NCBI GenBank assembly: GCA_037137715.1
Contig: JBAXJT010000007.1
Location: 16,621 to 80,620 of the forward strand
DNA: 64,000 bases
From: Nitrosomonadales bacterium
Lineage (GTDB): Bacteria; Pseudomonadota; Gammaproteobacteria; Burkholderiales; Gallionellaceae
Reading direction: 5' to 3'
The notes beneath the pieces were generated by a model that worked only from the letters and a program-made list of their open reading frames with translations, made no database searches and was not told the origin of the DNA. Positions 37,150 to 49,254 of the stretch are shown in pieces (positions within the stretch are counted from its first letter, which is position 1; each line of letters begins with the position of its first letter). Made by a program: the position numbers and the translations under genes.

Positions 37150-38811
37150 ATGCTGAAATTTTTAAGCATCCGTGACTTTGTCATCGTATCTCAGCTTGAG
37201 CTTGAGTTTTGCGCCGGATTTACCGCGCTGACCGGCGAGACGGGAGCCGGTAAATCCATTTTGATCGATGCCTTGTTGCTGGCGCTGGGTGAACGCGGCG
37301 ATGCGGCGATGGTGCGCAATGGATGCGAGCGCGCCGAAATTACCGCGGAATTTGATGTGAGCGCGCAGCCCGGATTACAGAGTTGGCTCAAGACGCAGGA
37401 ACTCGAAGGCGATGATGGCGTGTGTTTGATGCGGCGACTGCTCGATGCGGGAGGCCGTTCGCGCGGTTTTATCAACGGACGCAGCGCGACACTGCAACAG
37501 ATGCGCGAAGCGGGTGAGTATTTGCTCAATATTCACGGCCAGCATGCGCATCAGTCCTTGCTGCAAGCCGATGCGCAGCGGGAGTTGCTCGACGAATTCG
37601 CCGGATTGCAGTTAAGCGTCGCGCAGGTGGCGACTGATTTTCGCCAGTGGCAGGCGCTGATGCGCCGCCGCATTGCGCTGAGCGAGAATTCACAGGCGGT
37701 TGCGGCCGAGCGCGAGTTACTGTCTTTTCAGCACAATGAACTCGAAGCGCTCGCTTTTAATGTCGCCGATTGGGACGCGTTGCAGGCCGATTACGCGCGG
37801 ATGGCGCATGCCGCCGGTTTGCTTGAAACAGCCGCGTTCGGTATCGACGCGCTAAGTGATGCGGAGACGGCGTGTTTGTCGCAAATGAACGCCCTGATGA
37901 CACGTTTGCGCGATGGTATGGTGCATGATGCGACCCTCGGTGAGCCATTGCGTATGCTCGAATCGGCTCAGGCTGAATTGCAGGAAGTCGTGTACAGCCT
38001 GCGGCATTATCAGCAGCGTCTGGAGGCGGATCCTCAACAGATGGCGCAGAAGGAGGCTCGAATTCAGTATGTCATGGATTTGGCGCGTAAATACCGCGTT
38101 TCACCCGAGCGGCTGGGTGACGTGTTGCAGCAGGTTGCGCAGCGTCTGACTGAATTGGGTGCTGAGGCGGATCTGGAAGAATTGCAGCAACAGGAGACGG
38201 CCGCACGTAATCGTTATCTGGAAAATGCGCGCACATTGAGTGGCGCAAGACGACTGGCAGCCGATAAATTGTCGCAGCAAATTACCGCTGCGATGCAGAC
38301 GCTGGCGATGCAGGGCGGAAGTTTTGCGGTGGCCTTGCTGCCCCAGGCGGAGGGGAATGTGCACGGGCTTGAGGCGGTTGAGTTTCAGGTGGCGGCCAAC
38401 CCCGGCGTACCGACGCGCAGTCTGGCGAAAGTCGCCTCCGGCGGTGAGCTCTCGCGCATCAGTCTTGCAATGCAGGTGGCAACCAGTCAGGTGGCGTCGG
38501 TGCCTACCTTGATTTTCGATGAGGTGGACAGCGGGATCGGCGGGCGTGTCGCGGAAATTGTCGGCCTGTTGCTCAAACAGCTCGGTCGCCAGTATCAGGT
38601 ATTGTGCGTGACCCATTTGCCGCAAGTGGCCGCGATGGCCGATAGCCAGTGGCAGGTGAGCAAGGCGGTGGAAGCCGGGGTGACCTTAAGTCGCATCGAA
38701 GTGCTGGGGGAGGCTCAGCGTATCGAGGAAATCGCCCGCATGTTGGGGGGGGTGACGATTACCGATACCACGCGTCGCCATGCGGCGGAGATGCTGGGTG
38801 TGGCCGGTTGA
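37150..38811 (+). CDS. recN: DNA repair protein RecN
   Basis: N-terminal GETGAGKSI Walker A, long coiled coil, and C-terminal SGGE..R..LA with FDEVDSGIGG. Confidence 0.95.
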   Translation: MLKFLSIRDFVIVSQLELEFCAGFTALTGETGAGKSILIDALLLALGERGDAAMVRNGCERAEITAEFDVSAQPGLQSWLKTQELEGDDGVCLMRRLLDAGGRSRGFINGRSATLQQMREAGEYLLNIHGQHAHQSLLQADAQRELLDEFAGLQLSVAQVATDFRQWQALMRRRIALSENSQAVAAERELLSFQHNELEALAFNVADWDALQADYARMAHAAGLLETAAFGIDALSDAETACLSQMNALMTRLRDGMVHDATLGEPLRMLESAQAELQEVVYSLRHYQQRLEADPQQMAQKEARIQYVMDLARKYRVSPERLGDVLQQVAQRLTELGAEADLEELQQQETAARNRYLENARTLSGARRLAADKLSQQITAAMQTLAMQGGSFAVALLPQAEGNVHGLEAVEFQVAANPGVPTRSLAKVASGGELSRISLAMQVATSQVASVPTLIFDEVDSGIGGRVAEIVGLLLKQLGRQYQVLCVTHLPQVAAMADSQWQVSKAVEAGVTLSRIEVLGEAQRIEEIARMLGGVTITDTTRRHAAEMLGVAG

Positions 38812-38853
38812 GGTATTATGTGGCGGATTTTAGAAATTACGAGACTTTAAACC

Positions 38854-39213
38854 ATGCGCATTAAAATTGTTCTGTTGTCCTTGTTGTTAGCTTCCTGCGG
38901 CAGTATCGCTGTCCCAACGCTGTCGCCCTATAAAATGGATATTCGTCAGGGCAATTTTGTGACCGCAGAAATGCGCGACAAAATCAAGGTCGGCATGTCG
39001 CGGGCGCAAGTGCGTTTTGCGCTGGGTACGCCGATGATCAGTGATGTGTTTCACGGCAATCGCTGGGACTATGTGTACCGTCTGGAGCAAAAGCGCGAGC
39101 TGGTCGATCAGCAGCGCTTGACGCTGTATTTCGAGGGTGAAAATCTGGTCCGCATCGATGACAGTGCGCTGACGGTAAAGCCGGTCACACCAGACGTTAA
39201 AACGGCCGAATAG
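38854..39213 (+). CDS. bamE: Outer membrane protein assembly factor BamE (SmpA/OmlA)
   Basis: Lipobox LLASC. DIRQGNFVT....I..GMSR.QV...LGTP motif. Confidence 0.85.
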   Translation: MRIKIVLLSLLLASCGSIAVPTLSPYKMDIRQGNFVTAEMRDKIKVGMSRAQVRFALGTPMISDVFHGNRWDYVYRLEQKRELVDQQRLTLYFEGENLVRIDDSALTVKPVTPDVKTAE

Positions 39214-39232
39214 TCGTAGAGGAAAAGGGTAA

Positions 39233-40039
<807 letters not shown>

Positions 40040-40059
40040 GCTTAATAAATACACACTCG

Positions 40060-41415
40060 ATGATCAAAAAATTCCTCAAACGCGTCTTTCGCCGTTCGGC
40101 TAAAGTCAAAACGCTAGGCAATGCGCAGGTGATTCCGTTCTCCTTGCACGGCGTGCCGCGCGAACAGATAAGCTATGGTGCTAAGCGTGTCACCGATGGT
40201 CTTCAGGCGGCCGGTTTCAAGGCGTTCGTGGTAGGCGGTGCGGTGCGCGATCTGCTGCTTGACAAGATACCGAAAGATTTCGATGTGGCGACGGATGCGA
40301 CGCCAGAGGAAGTCAAGCGCGTGTTCCGCCGCTCGCGCATCATCGGACGGCGTTTCCGTCTGGTGCATGTGATGTTTGGCGAAGAACTGGTCGAGGTTGC
40401 GACCTTCCGCTGCATGATAGACACGGAAGATGCGCAGACTGATGAGCATGGACGCTTGTTGCGCGATAACGAATTTGGCGATCAGGAACAGGATGCTGCG
40501 CGGCGCGATTTTACCGCGAATGCCTTGTTCTACGATCCGACAACGCAGGAAATCTACGATTACCACCGCGGTTATCAGGATACCCGTAACGGTGTGCTGC
40601 GCATTATCGGTGACCCCTTGGTGCGCTATCGTGAAGATCCGGTGCGTATGCTGCGCGCGGTGCGACTGTCGGCCAAGCTGGGAATTACGCTCGACCCTGT
40701 GACCGCAGCGCCGATTGCCCAACTGAAGTCTCTGCTCGATAACGTGCCTGAAGCGCGTATGCTCGACGAAGTGCTGAAGATGCTGCTGTCCGGGCATTCG
40801 GTCGAATGCATACAGCAGTTGCGCAAGATGGAGTTGCATCACGGTTTGCTGCCGCTGCTCGACGTGATCATGGAACAGCCGATGGGCGAGAAATTCATCA
40901 TGCTGGCGTTGAAAAATACCGATGAGCGCCTGAGTCAGGAAAAGTCGGTGTCACCTGCGTTTTTGTTTGCCTGCCTACTCTGGCATGAGGTGTTGTCAGT
41001 CTGGAATGCGCTGGTCGCACAAGGCGAGCGTCCCTTGGGCGCGATGCATATCGCGATGGAGGAGGTGCTGGCGCGTCAAAAGAAAAAGCTGGCAATCCCG
41101 CATCGACACGATGCCGTTATGAAAGAAATCTGGTTGATGCAGCAACGCTTCGATCAGCGTGCAGGTCAGCGGCCTTGCCGTTTGCTGGAGCAACCGCGTT
41201 TTTGCGCCGGTTTCGATTTTCTGCTGCTGCGCTGTGCCAGCAATGAAGTCGATAATGAGTTAGGACTCTGGTGGGACGAGTTTCAAGATGCCAGTGAAGG
41301 GCGCCGTCAGGAAATGCTGCAACCCGAAGGCGCAGGGGCGGCGAAGAAGCGTCGTCGTAAACCGCGCAAAAAACCGGCCGGTGAGCCGGTTGATAGCGGG
41401 CAGGGTGCTGAGTGA
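40060..41415 (+). CDS. pcnB: Poly(A) polymerase I
   Basis: GGAVRDLLL..PKDFDV nucleotidyltransferase motif. Basic C-terminal tail. Conserved pcnB-folK overlap. Confidence 0.92.
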   Translation: MIKKFLKRVFRRSAKVKTLGNAQVIPFSLHGVPREQISYGAKRVTDGLQAAGFKAFVVGGAVRDLLLDKIPKDFDVATDATPEEVKRVFRRSRIIGRRFRLVHVMFGEELVEVATFRCMIDTEDAQTDEHGRLLRDNEFGDQEQDAARRDFTANALFYDPTTQEIYDYHRGYQDTRNGVLRIIGDPLVRYREDPVRMLRAVRLSAKLGITLDPVTAAPIAQLKSLLDNVPEARMLDEVLKMLLSGHSVECIQQLRKMELHHGLLPLLDVIMEQPMGEKFIMLALKNTDERLSQEKSVSPAFLFACLLWHEVLSVWNALVAQGERPLGAMHIAMEEVLARQKKKLAIPHRHDAVMKEIWLMQQRFDQRAGQRPCRLLEQPRFCAGFDFLLLRCASNEVDNELGLWWDEFQDASEGRRQEMLQPEGAGAAKKRRRKPRKKPAGEPVDSGQGAE

Positions 41416-41900
41416 CGCAACAGGTCTGCTATATCGGCTTGGGCAGCAATCTGGGTGAATCACGCGAACAGTTAAGGCGCGCGCTGGCGGATATTGATGC
41501 GCTATCGGACACGCGAGTTGTGGCCTGTTCTTCGTTTTATCGCAGTGCGCCGGTAGGGTTTCTGGATCAACCTGATTTCGTCAACGCGGTGGCGAAAATA
41601 ACGACTTGTCTATCGCCTCAGGCGCTACTTGCCGCCTTGCTGCATATCGAGCATTGCTACGGCCGTGAGCGGGTCTTTCAAAATGCACCGCGCACCCTGG
41701 ATCTTGACGTGTTGCTGTATGGTTCGTTGCAAATTCAGGAAGCCGGTCTGACGGTGCCGCATCCGCAAATGCACCTGCGGGCATTTGTTTTGCTGCCGCT
41801 CTTGGAGATTGCACCGGATTGCCTGATTCCATCCATCGGTCAGGCTGAATACGCCATGCGGGATTGTTTGGATCAGGTGTTGGAAAAGCTGGCAAGCTAG
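41412..41900 (+). CDS. folK: 2-amino-4-hydroxy-6-hydroxymethyldihydropteridine diphosphokinase
   Basis: GLGSNLG.., RTLDLDVLLY and PHP.M..R.FVL.PL motifs. GTG at 41412 overlaps the pcnB stop. Confidence 0.92.
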   Translation: MTQQVCYIGLGSNLGESREQLRRALADIDALSDTRVVACSSFYRSAPVGFLDQPDFVNAVAKITTCLSPQALLAALLHIEHCYGRERVFQNAPRTLDLDVLLYGSLQIQEAGLTVPHPQMHLRAFVLLPLLEIAPDCLIPSIGQAEYAMRDCLDQVLEKLAS

Positions 41901-41970
41901 GTACTTAATTGATGATTATCATCAGCTACCAAATATCCATTGTTATTTATCCATTATCCATTATTAAAAC

Positions 41971-42762
41971 ATGCGTACGACATTAACCACTCTCAAAGCG
42001 ATGACAGGCCGCAGCGAAAAAATCGCCATGCTGACGTGTTATGACGCGAGTTTTGCCACTTTGCTGGAAACTGCCGGTGTGGATGTGCTGCTGGTGGGTG
42101 ACTCGCTCGGCATGGTGATGCAGGGGCGGGAGACGACGTTACCCGTCACGCTGGCCGACATGACTTATCACACGGCCTGTGTTGCGCGGGGCGCGGCGCA
42201 AGCGTTTATTGTCGCCGATATGCCGTTCGGCACCTCACAGGTGTCCCCTGAAAAAACGCTGGAGCACGCCGTTCAACTGATGGCGGCCGGTGCACAGATG
42301 GTGAAGCTCGAAGGCGGTGCCGTGATGCTCGAAACAGTGCGCTTTTTGACGACGCGCGGCATTCCGGTCTGCGCGCATATCGGTCTGACGCCACAATCCG
42401 TGCATCAGTTGGGCGGATATCGGGTGCAGGGTCGGGAAAAAGATGCGGCATTGCAGTTGATCGAGGATGCGGTCGCGCTCGAACAGGCCGGGGCGGGGAT
42501 GGTGGTACTTGAAGCTGTGCCCGCGCTGCTGGCTGCTGAAATCACCGCGCAACTGGCTATTCCAACCATCGGTATCGGTGCCGGGGCTGCCTGCTCGGGG
42601 CAGGTGCTGGTGCTGTACGATATTCTCGATATTTTTCCGGGCAAGAAAGCGCGCTTCGTTAAAAACTATATGTCGGGCGCCGCGTCCATTAGCGATGCAG
42701 TCGCGCGCTATGTGGCTGAGGTGAAGGATGGCCATTTTCCTGCACCGGAGCACGGGTTTTAA
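41971..42762 (+). CDS. panB: 3-methyl-2-oxobutanoate hydroxymethyltransferase
   Basis: MLTCYD...[10 protein letters not shown] and KLEGG motifs. Confidence 0.95.
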   Translation: MRTTLTTLKAMTGRSEKIAMLTCYDASFATLLETAGVDVLLVGDSLGMVMQGRETTLPVTLADMTYHTACVARGAAQAFIVADMPFGTSQVSPEKTLEHAVQLMAAGAQMVKLEGGAVMLETVRFLTTRGIPVCAHIGLTPQSVHQLGGYRVQGREKDAALQLIEDAVALEQAGAGMVVLEAVPALLAAEITAQLAIPTIGIGAGAACSGQVLVLYDILDIFPGKKARFVKNYMSGAASISDAVARYVAEVKDGHFPAPEHGF

Positions 42763-43592
42763 TGCAAATAATTTCGACCATTGCGCAGTTGCGTGCGCGT
42801 CTCGGCGGTGAGGATGCCATCGCTTTTGTGCCGACCATGGGGAATTTACATCAAGGCCATCTTGATTTGATGCGCCAGGCAAGGCTGCACGGCCGTTGTG
42901 TGGTGGCGAGTATTTTTGTCAATCCCTTACAGTTTGGCCCGAACGAGGATTTTGACCAGTACCCGCGTACGCTCGATGTCGATTGCGAGAAGTTGCAAGG
43001 ATTGGTCGATGTGGTATTTGCACCGAGTGTGAATGAGATGTATCCGGTTCAGCAAACGGTCTTCGTTGAGCCGCCGATCGCCAATGAGTTGTGCGGCGCG
43101 GCGCGTCCCGGTCATTTTCAGGGTATGGCGACCGTGGTTTGCAAATTGCTCAATATCGTTCAGCCGCAGGTGGCCTTGTTCGGCAAGAAAGACTATCAGC
43201 AACTGCATATCATCCGCCAGCTGGTCGCGCAACTGAATATGCCGGTGGCGGTCATTGGTGGCGAAACGGTGAGAGCCGCCGATGGATTGGCGCTCAGTTC
43301 CCGCAATCAGTATTTGAGTGTGACTGAGCGCGCAGAAGCGGTATTCTTAAATCAGACGCTGCAATTGATGCGCGATCAACTGTTGCAGGGGGCGCGTCAC
43401 TTCGATACGCTGGAAAAGGACGCGGTGGGTGTGCTCACGGCGAGAGGATGGTCTGTTGACTATATTGCGATACGCAATCAGTCTGATTTAAAAGTGGCGG
43501 GTGCAGATGAGCCTCATCTGGTCGTTTTGGCTGCCGCGAGACTGGGAAAAACCCGCTTGCTCGACAATATCGAGGTGAACCTTCACCATTAA
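42762..43592 (+). CDS. panC: Pantoate--beta-alanine ligase
   Basis: [12 protein letters not shown] and FGKKDYQQ motifs. TAATG overlap with panB. Confidence 0.95.
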   Translation: MQIISTIAQLRARLGGEDAIAFVPTMGNLHQGHLDLMRQARLHGRCVVASIFVNPLQFGPNEDFDQYPRTLDVDCEKLQGLVDVVFAPSVNEMYPVQQTVFVEPPIANELCGAARPGHFQGMATVVCKLLNIVQPQVALFGKKDYQQLHIIRQLVAQLNMPVAVIGGETVRAADGLALSSRNQYLSVTERAEAVFLNQTLQLMRDQLLQGARHFDTLEKDAVGVLTARGWSVDYIAIRNQSDLKVAGADEPHLVVLAAARLGKTRLLDNIEVNLHH

Positions 43593-43629
43593 GTCAGATA
43601 TAATCCGCGCCCTATTTGAAAGGTAGTTT

Positions 43630-44010
43630 ATGCAAAGAACCATGCTTAAAGCCAAGTTGCACCGGGTGCATGTGACGCATTCAGAGTTGCACTATGAGGG
43701 CTCGTGCGCGATCGACGATAATTTGCTTGAGGCGTCTGATATTCGGGAGTATCAGCAGATCGATATTTACAACGTTAGCAATGGCGAGCGATTTACGACC
43801 TATGCAATACGTGCTCAGCGCGGTTCGGGGATTATTTCGGTGAACGGTGCGGCAGCACATAAGGCCAATCCGGGCGACATCCTGATCATAGCCAGTTATG
43901 CGATGTACCACGAAGCGGAGTTAGCCGATTTTCATCCGGCGTTAGTCTACGTGGATGATCAAAATTGTATCGTGGCAAAGCGCGATGAAATACCTGTGCA
44001 AGCGGCATAA
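43630..44010 (+). CDS. panD: Aspartate 1-decarboxylase
   Basis: [10 protein letters not shown]...L.YEGSC.ID, with the self-processing Gly-Ser site. Confidence 0.95.
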   Translation: MQRTMLKAKLHRVHVTHSELHYEGSCAIDDNLLEASDIREYQQIDIYNVSNGERFTTYAIRAQRGSGIISVNGAAAHKANPGDILIIASYAMYHEAELADFHPALVYVDDQNCIVAKRDEIPVQAA

Positions 44011-44106
44011 TTTGCATTTTGCTCATTTTGTTTGATTGTTACATTGACCAAAAGGCCTTTCGCGAGTAGCATTGCAAAACTTTAAAAGCTAACTGGATTG
44101 ATTACG

Positions 44107-44859
44107 ATGCGTCGCAAACTAGTAGTTGGAAATTGGAAAATGTATGGTCGCCTGGCACGTAATCAGGCATTGCTTCAGGGCGTTCTGGATGGCGTTCGTG
44201 AATTACGTGCTGCGGATTACGCAGTATGTGTTCCTTATCCCTACCTCGCTCAGGCAGAATCAATGCTGGCGGGCAGCAACGTCGCTTGGGGTGCGCAGAA
44301 TCTGAGTCCTCAAGAAGAGGGTGCATTCACTGGTGCAGTCGCTCCCGGGATGCTGGTTGATTTCGGCTGCAGCTACGTGATTATCGGTCACTCCGAGCGT
44401 CGCGGTCTGTTTCATGAGAGCAACGAAATCGCATCGGCCAAGTTTGAAGCAACCCAGAAGGCTGGCATGAAGCCCATCTTCTGTGTGGGTGAAACACTGG
44501 CGGAGCGTGAATCCGGTATTACGGAACAAGTTGTCGCAACGCAATTGGATGCCGTGCTGGTGCGTTTTGGCGCGAAGGCTTTGTCCAATGCGGTGATTGC
44601 TTACGAACCTGTCTGGGCTATCGGTACAGGCAAGACAGCCAGTCCGGAACAAGCACAGGCAGTGCATGCGTTTATTCGTCAGCGCGTAGCAGGTCATGAT
44701 GCGGCGGTTGCACAAGCTTTATGTATTCTTTACGGCGGTAGCGTGAAGGCGTCCAATGCGGTCGAGTTGTTCGGGATGCCCGATATCGATGGCGGTCTGA
44801 TCGGTGGTGCTTCGCTGGTGGCTGATGATTTTGTGGCAATATGCCGAGCGGCGCAATAA
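44107..44859 (+). CDS. tpiA: Triose-phosphate isomerase
   Basis: VVGNWKM, IGHSERR and AYEPVWAIGTG motifs. Confidence 0.95.
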   Translation: MRRKLVVGNWKMYGRLARNQALLQGVLDGVRELRAADYAVCVPYPYLAQAESMLAGSNVAWGAQNLSPQEEGAFTGAVAPGMLVDFGCSYVIIGHSERRGLFHESNEIASAKFEATQKAGMKPIFCVGETLAERESGITEQVVATQLDAVLVRFGAKALSNAVIAYEPVWAIGTGKTASPEQAQAVHAFIRQRVAGHDAAVAQALCILYGGSVKASNAVELFGMPDIDGGLIGGASLVADDFVAICRAAQ

Positions 44860-44877
44860 TTTAGTCTGGAGTAGTGT

Positions 44878-45204
44878 GTGGAAACAATCGTTTGGGTTTT
44901 TCATCTGGTAACAGCCATTGCATTGTGTGGTTTGGTGCTGGTGCAACATGGTAAGGGTGCCGATATGGGCGCTGCATTTGGTACAGGATCGGCGGGGAGT
45001 CTGTTCGGTTCTGGCGGCTCTGCCAATTTTCTCAGTCGCAGTACGGCTGTCGCGGCGGCCATCTTTTTTGTGACCAGCTTAACTTTGACTTATCTGTATT
45101 CTCATCCGACCCAACAGGCCGGTGTGATGGATAGGGTTAATGTCGTCAAGCCAGCAGTAACGGCACCTGTGGATAATTCGAAGTCTAAAGAAATTCCAAA
45201 GTAA
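44878..45204 (+). CDS. secG: Preprotein translocase subunit SecG
   Basis: GTG start with GGAG RBS. VLVQHGKGADMGAAFG motif. Two TM segments. Position between tpiA and tRNA-Leu. Confidence 0.88.
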   Translation: METIVWVFHLVTAIALCGLVLVQHGKGADMGAAFGTGSAGSLFGSGGSANFLSRSTAVAAAIFFVTSLTLTYLYSHPTQQAGVMDRVNVVKPAVTAPVDNSKSKEIPK

Positions 45205-45228
45205 ATTAATTCCGGTTTTTGGGAATAT

Positions 45229-45315
<87 letters not shown>

Positions 45316-45328
45316 ATGTAGTTAATTA

Positions 45329-45353
45329 AGCCCCTAGCTTTAGGGGCTTTTTT
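45329..45353 (+). terminator. Rho-independent terminator after tRNA-Leu
   Basis: AGCCCCTA-gctt-TAGGGGCT followed by a T-run. Confidence 0.75.
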
Positions 45354-46079
45354 ACGTCTGATGTATTAAAAATTAGTCCGTTTGATTGTTGCTAATCAAC
45401 TCATGGGTGGCGCGTGAGGTGAGGATAAATATTAGCCTGGATATAAAATTGCCAATGATGGTGGAGTCGATCGACCTGGAAAATCAGAAAGCGAGATACG
45501 GTTCATATTTAAATTTGGTTGCTGCGATCAATGTGTCGGGTTGGTGTGGTGGATGTAGCGCTATGTAGGCGTATCAGGAGGGGTTGCGGAGCGGCTTGCC
45601 GGGGGTGTTTGTTTGCAGTGGTTGGTTGTCGGGTGTTGAGTGGCTTGAGCGAGCGCTGATTCAGATTGGCAAGGGGTTTAGAAAAATTTCATGTCGATGC
45701 AAATTAATTGCTGATGAAATCAGGCTGTTACCTCAAGATGAGGTGCAAAACTCAAAACAACCATTGAGGCTAGGTACTGTTTGAAGCTATAATTATTTCA
45801 GCGGGAAAAAATGATGGTTGCAGAGGCTATAAAATAACGCTGCGACCAAAAATAAGTAAACCAGAACAGTCGCTTGTGTTAATACTTCTGTTTATCTGGT
45901 GCAAAAGTACGAATTGTTGAATAATTGCGGCCTTCAGGGGTTGTGAATTTCAAGTGTTGTGAAAAATAATAATAAATTAAGTTGATATCTGCCGTCATGG
46001 CAGCCTGAAATCGCACAAATTGATTCGGATTCAACTCTACGGGTTGGTCAAGAGTCTTGTACAGAGGGGGGGAAGCTCA

Positions 46080-46436
46080 ATGTTGGAAAACTATTTTCCG
46101 GTACTGTTGTTCATCTGTGTCGGGTTGGCTTTTGGTGTGGTTCCGATTGTCTTGGGCAGGCTGGCTGCCCCGCATCGTCCGGATGCGAAAAAACTATCTC
46201 CCTATGAATGTGGCTTTGAGGCCTTTGAAGATGCGCGTATGAAGTTCGACGTGCGCTATTACCTCGTCGCCATTTTGTTCATTCTGTTCGATCTAGAAAT
46301 TGCATTTCTCTTCCCGTGGGCAATCGTGCTCAAGGAAATCGGTATGTTTGGTTACGTTTCCATGATGATCTTTTTGGCTATCCTCGTGGTTGGTTTTGTC
46401 TATGAGTGGATGAAGGGGGCCTTGGAATGGGAATAG
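46080..46436 (+). CDS. nuoA: NADH-quinone oxidoreductase subunit A
   Basis: [11 protein letters not shown].., YECGFE and LFDLE motifs. First gene of a 14-gene nuo array. G-rich RBS before the ATG at 46080. Confidence 0.92.
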   Translation: MLENYFPVLLFICVGLAFGVVPIVLGRLAAPHRPDAKKLSPYECGFEAFEDARMKFDVRYYLVAILFILFDLEIAFLFPWAIVLKEIGMFGYVSMMIFLAILVVGFVYEWMKGALEWE

Positions 46437-46909
46437 AAGGCATATTGGAGAAGGGCGTCGTCACAACGACACTCGATACCATTATCAATTACACGCGTAC
46501 CGGCTCTCTTTGGCCGATGACGTTCGGGCTGGCCTGTTGTGCGGTTGAAATGATGCAGGCGGGCGCATCGCGTTACGATCTGGATCGCTTCGGTATTGTG
46601 TTTCGTCCGAGTCCGCGTCAGTCTGATGTGATGATTGTGGCGGGCACCTTGTGCAACAAGATGGCACCCGCACTGCGTAAAGTCTACGATCAGATGTCCG
46701 AGCCACGTTGGGTGATTTCAATGGGTTCATGCGCAAATGGCGGCGGTTACTACCATTACTCCTATTCAGTGGTGCGCGGATGTGATCGTATCGTGCCAGT
46801 TGACATTTATGTGCCCGGTTGTCCTCCGACTGCCGAAGCCTTGCTGTACGGATTGATCCAATTGCAGAACAAGATCAAGCGCACCAACACCATCGCGCGC
46901 CAGGGGTAA
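46427..46909 (+). CDS. nuoB: NADH-quinone oxidoreductase subunit B
   Basis: [10 protein letters not shown] and GCPP cluster-N2 ligand motifs. The ATG at 46427 overlaps the nuoA end. Confidence 0.93.
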   Translation: MGIEGILEKGVVTTTLDTIINYTRTGSLWPMTFGLACCAVEMMQAGASRYDLDRFGIVFRPSPRQSDVMIVAGTLCNKMAPALRKVYDQMSEPRWVISMGSCANGGGYYHYSYSVVRGCDRIVPVDIYVPGCPPTAEALLYGLIQLQNKIKRTNTIARQG

Positions 46910-46914
46910 ACTGA

Positions 46915-47511
46915 ATGACGACCGATAAAATATCATTGCGTGAAGGTCTGGAAGCGTTGCTGTCGGACCAGTTGCAGAGCGTGCAAGAGAACTTGGGTGA
47001 GACCACCATCGTTGTCAGTGCAGCTGACATGTTGCCGGTGCTGACAAAATTGCGGGATGCAGACAGTATGCAGTTCGCGCAAATGACAGATCTGTGCGGG
47101 ATGGATTATTCAGAATATGGTGATGGCGCATGGCAGGGCAAACGCTTTGCCGTTGTGTATCAGTTGCTGTCTATCGTTCACAACCGCCGCTTGCGTGTTC
47201 GTGTGTTTGCCGAAGAAGACGATTTTCCGGTTTTAGCCTCTGTTGCACCCGTCTGGGCCGGTGCAAATTGGTTTGAGCGCGAAGCGTTTGATTTATTTGG
47301 TATTATTTTCACCGGACACCCGGATCTGCGCCGCATCCTGACCGACTACGGTTTTGTCGGTAATCCGTTCAGGAAAGACTTCCCGATCTCAGGTCACGTT
47401 GAAATGCGCTATGACGCAGAACAGCAACGCGTTGTGTATCAGCCAGTTACCGTTGAACCCCGTGAAGTGACGCCGCGTATCATCCGCGAAGAAACCTACG
47501 GTTGCCATTAA
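46915..47511 (+). CDS. nuoC: NADH-quinone oxidoreductase subunit C
   Basis: 30-kDa subunit pattern: [24 protein letters not shown]. Confidence 0.93.
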   Translation: MTTDKISLREGLEALLSDQLQSVQENLGETTIVVSAADMLPVLTKLRDADSMQFAQMTDLCGMDYSEYGDGAWQGKRFAVVYQLLSIVHNRRLRVRVFAEEDDFPVLASVAPVWAGANWFEREAFDLFGIIFTGHPDLRRILTDYGFVGNPFRKDFPISGHVEMRYDAEQQRVVYQPVTVEPREVTPRIIREETYGCH

Positions 47512-47521
47512 GGACACGCTC

Positions 47522-48775
47522 ATGCCTGAAATCAAAAATTACACGATGAATTTTGGTCCGCAGCATCCTGCCGCGCACGGTGTGTTGCGCCTGGTGCTGG
47601 AGCTCGATGGTGAAGTAATTGTTCGTGCTGACCCGCATATCGGCCTGCTGCACCGTGCCACTGAAAAACTGGCAGAACATAAAACATTCTTGCAATCTGT
47701 GCCCTATATGGATCGACTCGATTATGTGTCGATGCTGTGTAACGAGCATGCCTATGTGCAGGCGATCGAGAAGCTGGCCGGCATCGAAGTGCCATTGCGC
47801 GCACAGTACATCCGCGTGATGTTCGATGAAGTGACGCGTATTCTCAATCACCTGATGTGGCTGGGTGCGCACGGTCTGGATATCGGCGCGATGACGGTGT
47901 TCTTGTATTGCTTCCGCGAACGCGAAGATCTGATGGATGCGTATGAGGCGGTATCCGGTGCGCGTATGCATGCGGCTTATTATCGTCCGGGCGGTGTGTA
48001 TCGCGATTTGCCCGATACCATGCCTCAGTACGAAGCATCGAAGATTCATAATGCCGCCGCTGTCAAGAAGATGAACGAGAATCGTCAAGGTTCTTTGCTC
48101 GATTTTCTGGAAGATTTCACGCGTCGCTTCCCGACCTATGTGGATGAATATGAAACACTACTGACCGACAACCGTATCTGGAAACAGCGTACCGTTGGAA
48201 TCGGTATCGTCACGCCTGAACGCGCAATCGCATTAGGCATGACCGGTCCCATGTTGCGCGGCTCGGGTGTGGAATGGGATTTGCGCAAGAAGCAGCCTTA
48301 TGCTGCCTACGACAAGGTTGATTTTGATGTGCCGGTCGGTGTGAACGGTGATTCTTACGATCGTTATCTGGTTCGTGTCGAAGAAATGCGCCAGTCGAAC
48401 CGCATTATCAAGCAATGTATAGCCTGGTTGCGCGTCAATCCCGGTCCTGTGATGACCAGCAATCATAAATATGCACCGCCGGGTCGCGAATCCATGAAAC
48501 AGAACATGGAAGAGTTGATTCATCACTTTAAATTGTTTACCGAGGGGATGCGCGTGCCGGAAGGTGAGGCGTATGCAGCGGTTGAACATCCTAAGGGTGA
48601 GTTTGGTATCTATCTGGTGTCGGATGGTGCCAATAAACCTTACCGCTTGAAGATACGTGCGCCGGGTTTTCCTCATCTGGCCGCCCTTGATGAAATGGTA
48701 CGCGGGCATATGATCGCTGACGTTGTGACCATCATCGGTACGCAGGACATTGTTTTTGGAGAGATAGACCGATAA
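47522..48775 (+). CDS. nuoD: NADH-quinone oxidoreductase subunit D
   Basis: [25 protein letters not shown] and the C-terminal DIVFGEIDR. Confidence 0.95.
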   Translation: MPEIKNYTMNFGPQHPAAHGVLRLVLELDGEVIVRADPHIGLLHRATEKLAEHKTFLQSVPYMDRLDYVSMLCNEHAYVQAIEKLAGIEVPLRAQYIRVMFDEVTRILNHLMWLGAHGLDIGAMTVFLYCFREREDLMDAYEAVSGARMHAAYYRPGGVYRDLPDTMPQYEASKIHNAAAVKKMNENRQGSLLDFLEDFTRRFPTYVDEYETLLTDNRIWKQRTVGIGIVTPERAIALGMTGPMLRGSGVEWDLRKKQPYAAYDKVDFDVPVGVNGDSYDRYLVRVEEMRQSNRIIKQCIAWLRVNPGPVMTSNHKYAPPGRESMKQNMEELIHHFKLFTEGMRVPEGEAYAAVEHPKGEFGIYLVSDGANKPYRLKIRAPGFPHLAALDEMVRGHMIADVVTIIGTQDIVFGEIDR

Positions 48776-49254
48776 TGTTATCCGCACATATACAAGATCA
48801 AATTAACCGCGAACTCAAGAAGTATCCGGTCGACCAGAAGCAATCCGCCGTGATGTCAGCGCTGCGGTTTGTGCAGGATGAAAAGGGCTGGATCGCAACC
48901 GAAGATATGGCTGATATTGCCGTCTTTCTCGGTATGCCGCAAATGGCGGTGTATGAAGTTGCGACGTTCTACCATATGTACAACCTAAAACCGATGGGCA
49001 AAACCACCCTGACGGTGTGCACCAATCTGTCCTGTACCTTATGTGGCTCGGCAGATACGGTCGCCTATCTGACATCAAAGTTGGGCATCGGTTTTGGTGA
49101 AGTCACCGCAGACGGCAAATACGGGATGCGTGAAGGTGAGTGCATGGGCGCGTGCAAAGATGCACCGCTGATGACGATCAACAACAAGAAGCTTTGCGGG
49201 CGTCTGACGCCTGCGAAAATTGATCAAATCTTGGCAGAATTGGATAAGTCATGA
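48775..49254 (+). CDS. nuoE: NADH-quinone oxidoreductase subunit E
   Basis: 24-kDa 2Fe-2S subunit with C....C...C...C spacing ([11 protein letters not shown] ... CMGACKDAP). Confidence 0.93.
   Translation: MLSAHIQDQINRELKKYPVDQKQSAVMSALRFVQDEKGWIATEDMADIAVFLGMPQMAVYEVATFYHMYNLKPMGKTTLTVCTNLSCTLCGSADTVAYLTSKLGIGFGEVTADGKYGMREGECMGACKDAPLMTINNKKLCGRLTPAKIDQILAELDKS

Noticed and set aside
40114-40842. 242-aa minus-strand ORF
   Set aside because: Antisense to pcnB. No motifs.
42235-42882. 215-aa minus-strand ORF
   Set aside because: Antisense across panB/panC, both of which are clearly identified.
45386-45784. Two small plus-strand ORFs (60 and 66 aa) in the tRNA-Leu-nuoA spacer
   Set aside because: Both start at TTG with no Shine-Dalgarno sequence, and they have odd composition (Gly/Trp/Cys from the G/T-rich DNA). 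I treat the region as non-coding (see the finding on the nuoA leader).
47480-48787. Minus-strand ORFs of 202 and 184 aa
   Set aside because: Antisense to nuoD. His/Arg-rich shadow translations.
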